From Octopus sinensis (Eukaryota): DNA of 41,094 nt. The notes beneath the pieces are model-generated. The model saw nothing but the letters and a program-made list of their open reading frames with translations. It did no database searches and was not told the origin of the DNA. A program made the position numbers and the translations under genes. Of this stretch, positions 36,907 to 41,094 are shown one piece after another. Where the stretch lies: positions 1 to 41,094 of the forward strand of contig NW_021835239.1 in NCBI RefSeq assembly GCF_006345805.1, in the 5' to 3' direction. The stretch's first letter is position 1; every line of letters starts with the position of its first letter.

Positions 36907-37045
36907 ATGCCTAAAAACAGGAGTTCCAACACTAAGCGAATTTCTTCTATTGTTAAAAAATATCCTAAGGAGTTTTCATCTTCACTGGATGGAAAATCAT
37001 TCTGCAAATTATGTAATTCTTACGTAACTGCTAATAAGTGTCACT
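36907..37045 (+). pseudogene. N-terminal fragment of a CGGBP1-like hAT transposase
   Basis: MPKNRSS...KYPKEFS...FCKLC, homologous to MPKNKPS...KYPKEFT...FCKLC of the 31567-33402 element. Truncated at the next TIR. Confidence 0.75.
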
Positions 37046-37148
37046 CGCCATAACTGAAACGGGCGCCAGACGTGTAACAATTTGGCCTTGCATTTTAACC
37101 TTCAAATGTCATTTAATTGTTGTCTGCCGGTAATTATTATTTTTGTAA

Positions 37149-38399
37149 ATGAGAATAGCTAATGCAGTCAAAGATGATAATGAATATAATGATATTCTTC
37201 AGTATTTACAACATGAGAAATTTCCAGAGCGATTGTCAAGAACACAAAGATCAAGATTTTTACAAAAATGCAAGAATTTCATTTTAATCGGAGGTATTTT
37301 CCTATCTCATTTCAGGAACACTTTATTTTAATGAAATAAATGGTGAAAATAAGCAAGTAATTTGTTTGAATGATCACGAAACAATGAAATATCATTGTGA
37401 TCGGATTCATTCTCAGTTTCACTTTGGATTAAACAAGATGGAAGAATACTGCAGAAATAATTTTCTTCTTATAAAAAGATTCATAATCAGAGAAGTAACT
37501 TCTATGTGCCCAAAATGCAAACAAACTGATCCATTGATTAAAAATAAGTCTACAATTGTTCGTATTGTAGCAAAATCACCACGAGAACGGTTTCTTTAAT
37601 CATTTATTCTAGGTACCAGATTGATTTGGTTGATCTATCACTTTATTCTTCTTTAAATAATTCATATAAGTATCTAATGAATGTAATCGACATTTATTCC
37701 AAATTCTGTTTTGCAAGAGCTATTCTCAATAAGGAAGCTGTTACAGTATCAGAGTCCCTAAGACGTATTTTTGAATCTTATGGCCCCCCAAAAATAATCC
37801 AAACTGACAATGGAAAAGAATTTGTGAATTCGGAAATAGATTCCTTATGCCAACAATTTAAAATAATCCATAAGAGAGGACGACCAAGGCATCCCGAGTC
37901 TCAAGGCCAAGTAGAGCGTTGCAACCAAACTCTCTGCAGATGGCTTCAAAAGGAACTATTTGGAAAAGAAAAGATATGGACTGCTGCATTAAGCAATGTA
38001 GTATATAGATACAATATTTCTGTACATTCTGCAACTAAACTATCACCATTTATGTCATTTTTTAATACGCGAGGATATAATGTTTCCTACTTTGACCAGG
38101 AAGCAAGCTTAGAGGAAACTGAAACAGAAGACATTACAAATGAATCATACATTTCTCGTATGGAAAGAAATAGTTCACTCCAAAATTGACAAATCGAAAA
38201 TTTTAAAGTTGGAGATCACGTACTATTAAAAAAAGATTTTGATACGAATCAAAAAACTAAAAAAAGGAAATTAGAATCTTTTTTCTTCGAAAAAACTTTT
38301 ACTATCAAAGAATTAATTTCCCAAAATAGAATAATGATAGAAAATGAAGATGGAACCGAAAAAACGGTTTTTACTCTCAAATTAAAAAAATTTAAATAA
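37149..38399 (+). pseudogene. Integrase copy C: 3 exons, 402 codons, a single premature TGA
   Basis: Introns 37294-37315 (22 nt) and 37590-37612 (23 nt) restore LIG|GTLYF and PRER|YQIDLVD. Contains HHCC finger, VID, IQTDNGKEF and QGQVER. TGA at 38187, with the frame open again to TAA at 38397-38399. Confidence 0.88.
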
Positions 38400-38648
38400 A
38401 TTGTTTTAAAATTATTTTTAATAAATCCCTGTACAAATTGAAAAATAGTAGATTGAAAGTATGTTGAGATAGTATCTGTATCAAAAATGCCGCGGCCGAA
38501 GGCCGCATAGGGGAATAGTAGCTATCTTAAAAATTTCGGCCGAAGGCCGTTAGGTAGGTAAGGCTTTATTTGATCAGAAAATCTCTTCTGTATTAACATA
38601 AAAATAAATTAAATTTAAAGGAACTTCAGCTATTGTCCAAATAAGAGA

Positions 38649-39740
38649 ATGATAACCTGCTTAATGGCGCACGACGTCGGTTCTGCGGTCCGCATTCTTT
38701 CATCTTCCGATTCCGTCCGCACCATTACTCCGGATGTAGTCAAAATTCTCAGCTCTAAGCACCCGACTGGCAATGTGCCTAATTTTTGTGCCCAAACTCC
38801 AGAGGGGGTCCCGATTGCTTCTTCGTCTGTCCAGCAACTTTTGTTTGCATTGAAATCTTTCAGAGGCAATAGTAATGGTGGTGTTGACGGTCTCCGTCCC
38901 ATTTACTTAATCGACCTCATTTCCGATACTGCCGAGGCCGGAAACTGTCTTTCACATTCTATCACCATGCTATGTAACTTATTCATCTGCAGGGATATGT
39001 CTGAACATGCTAGATTGCTTTTCTTCTCTGCGAACCTGACAGCGTTGGAGAAAAAAGACGGCGGCATTAGGCCTATTGCCGTCGGAAATGTTTTCCGCCG
39101 TTTGTTTGCAAAAGTCGCGTGCAAACTGGTAATTCCGTCTATTAGTGACGAACTCCAGCCCATTCAGTTTGGCGTTGGCGTGCCTGGCGGTTGCGAGGCC
39201 TCGGTCCACGCATCCCGGTGTTTTATTGATTCGACTAACCTCTCTGAAAAGCCCCGGCTACTGCTAAAATTGGATGTTAAAAATGCGTTCAATTCTCTCA
39301 ACAGAGAGCATCTACTTGAGGTTTGTAAAGACAGAATTCCTTCATTGCTGCCATTTGTTTTTCTTTCATATGGATACCCGAGCCTTTTGGCTGCAGGTGA
39401 TTCCTTTATTTCCTCTTCTTGTGGTGTACAACAAGGCGATCCTTTGGGCCCATTATTATTTGCCCTTTCCGTGGATTTTATTACCCGTAAGAATTTGTCG
39501 CCTCAGAATATTTGGTATTTGGATGATTGTACTATTGGTGGTCCGCCCGATATTTTGATAAAGGACTTGGAATCTCTAATCCCAGCTTTATCATCCATTG
39601 GTCTCGAAATTAATTCTCTCAAATCTGAAATCGTAAATGTTAACATCGATGGTGTTAGTTTTCAAAACATTTTTTCTCAGTTTCAAGGCCTTTTGCCCGA
39701 TCTGAGACATACTTCCACTGCCGATCTCGAAATCTTGGGG
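38649..39740 (+). mobile_element. CRE-like RT internal fragment (no 5' or 3' end) inside element C
   Basis: GGVDGLRP, GGIRPIAVGNVFRRL, QFGVGVPGGCEA, LDVKNAFNS, GVQQGDPLGPLLF, WYLDD. Confidence 0.88.
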
Positions 39741-40592
39741 TGTTTGTTGTTTCCTTGTTTTTTATTTCAAAGTTTCAAGGTCATTATGCGGTTTTCTCAA
39801 GGTCAAAATGTTACACGTCTGGCGCCCGTTTCAGTTATGGCGCGCCACAAGAATTATGAAGAAAAGAGGACAAAGAGGTGTATCATGAAGGAGATAGAAA
39901 AAGCAAATATTTACCATGAGAGTATACCCCTTCTAAAATCAGCATTCACACATTATCACACGGAGAAATATCAATATAATAAAGTTAATCATAATTTGCT
40001 AAGAAAAATATCAGCAGAAATTTTTACTTTTAAGGAATGAACTACCACAATAAAAAGTACACAATAAAATACTAAAAAAATCGAAATACCAAAAAATCAA
40101 AATAAACAATAAAATACTAGATAAAAATAAATTTAATTCAAGAAATCCTTATGAATGAAGATTAATTAATTGATGAAATGAATACAAATTTACTTGCAAA
40201 ATAAACTTTATAGAAAATATTTTACCAGTAGTCAATTTAAATAATCTTCAAACAAATAAAAAAACAAAAATATTATAAAAATAAAGTATTAATTGCAAGA
40301 AAAAATAAAACCAGAATTAACAACCACAAGCACAACAAAAAAATAACATAACAGCAAACTGTACATAACACGTGATATGTAATTTATCCTAATTAAGTCA
40401 GGAAATTTAAAATTTTTAAAAAATAAATAAATAAAATTTAATTTTTGTTTAAATTCAGCTAGTTTACTTTTTAATACTTTTTAAAATGGAATAGAATGGA
40501 ATGTTTATTGATCAGAAACCGAAAGAAAACGTTTCCGGATCCAAATGGAACCTGGTTAAGCTTATGAAAATTATAAATAGAAAATTAAATAT

Positions 40593-40852
40593 ACAAGGAA
40601 TGGAAGAAAAAGTGGTGCAAAACGATTTCAAAAGATATTAATTGACAATATACAAGGAATACTAAGCCAGCAATAAAAAGACTATGTCAAAGAGGAGGTG
40701 TTCGAAGAATTTCTGGAAAAATTTACGAGGAGACACGTTCTGTCCTTAAAATTTTTATTGAGCAAACTGTTCGTGATTGTATTTCTTACACTGAACATGC
40801 CAAAAGACTGAACATGTCAAATTTTTTAGCATTAATAATTGATTTAAGATAA
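40593..40852 (+). pseudogene. H4: Histone H4 pseudogene (divergent)
   Basis: [15 protein letters not shown][1-nt deletion at ~40660][49 protein letters not shown]. No in-frame ATG. The C-terminus is replaced after an ACTGAACATG duplication. Confidence 0.9.
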
Positions 40853-40983
40853 AAAAAAATAATGATGAGTAATTGAACCAAAAAATTTTCGGAATAATAC
40901 TTTTTTGCATCACTCGAAAAAATTTTCGGAATGATGTCTTTTTTTACTACTGGTATTGTCATTGTTGTCTGAAATAATAAAAT

Positions 40984-41094
40984 ATGGCTAGAACTAAACA
41001 AACAGCTCGAAAATCTACTGGTGCAAAAGTACCAAGGAAACAGTTGTCTGCAAAATCTGCTCTCAAGTCTGTTTCACAATTTGGAGGGGTAAAG
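40984..41094 (+). CDS. H3: Histone H3, divergent N-terminal tail, runs off the window end
   Basis: [37 protein letters not shown]. Confidence 0.93.
   Translation, partial: MARTKQTARKSTGAKVPRKQLSAKSALKSVSQFGGVK

Larger units (their letters stand above)
37046..39842 (+). mobile_element. Ginger-type integrase DNA transposon (copy C) with 45-bp TIRs
   Basis: CGCCATAACTGAAACGGGCGCCAGACGTGTAACAATTTGGCCTTG (37046-37090) versus the reverse complement of 39798-39842, 43/45 identical. Encloses the integrase gene and a CRE RT fragment. Confidence 0.88.

Noticed and set aside
38187-38189. Stop-codon reassignment (TGA read-through) in integrase C and the EVE
   Set aside because: The EVE has TGA, TAG and TAA in frame, and intact ORFs end with standard stops. 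Ordinary nonsense mutations explain this.
38649-40040. A genuine 463-aa RT protein
   Set aside because: RT homology stops at ~39740. The remainder is read-through across the TIR into unrelated flank.

Overview
AT-rich eukaryotic heterochromatin-like window, made almost entirely of nested, mostly decayed mobile elements. It opens with a 75-bp satellite (1-2540) and a U2 snRNA copy, and ends with a histone H4 pseudogene and the start of a divergent H3. In between are pogo, Tc1, several hAT transposons, three Ginger-type (Gypsy-integrase-like) DNA transposons, R4/Dong-like and CRE-like RLE retrotransposons, and an I/Jockey-like LINE. Three observations stand out. (1) The DNA transposases contain at least 13 ultra-short (22-31 nt) GT-AG introns, placed at different positions in each related integrase. 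Twelve of them give contiguous conserved motifs when removed; one needs an additional 1-nt indel. None were needed in the retroelements. (2) One integrase family carries TTAGGG-like minisatellites inside the element and occurs as a head-to-head pair, giving outward-facing telomere-like arms. (3) A nodavirus-like protein A endogenous viral element is split by a LINE with a perfect 13-bp target-site duplication, and its frame rejoins exactly when the LINE is removed. Five nested insertions can be ordered by their TSDs. The host is unknown. Tiny introns with degenerate donors suggest a reduced parasite lineage (myxozoan or dicyemid-like; microsporidian less likely), but this is inference. All family assignments come from motif recognition, not database searches.
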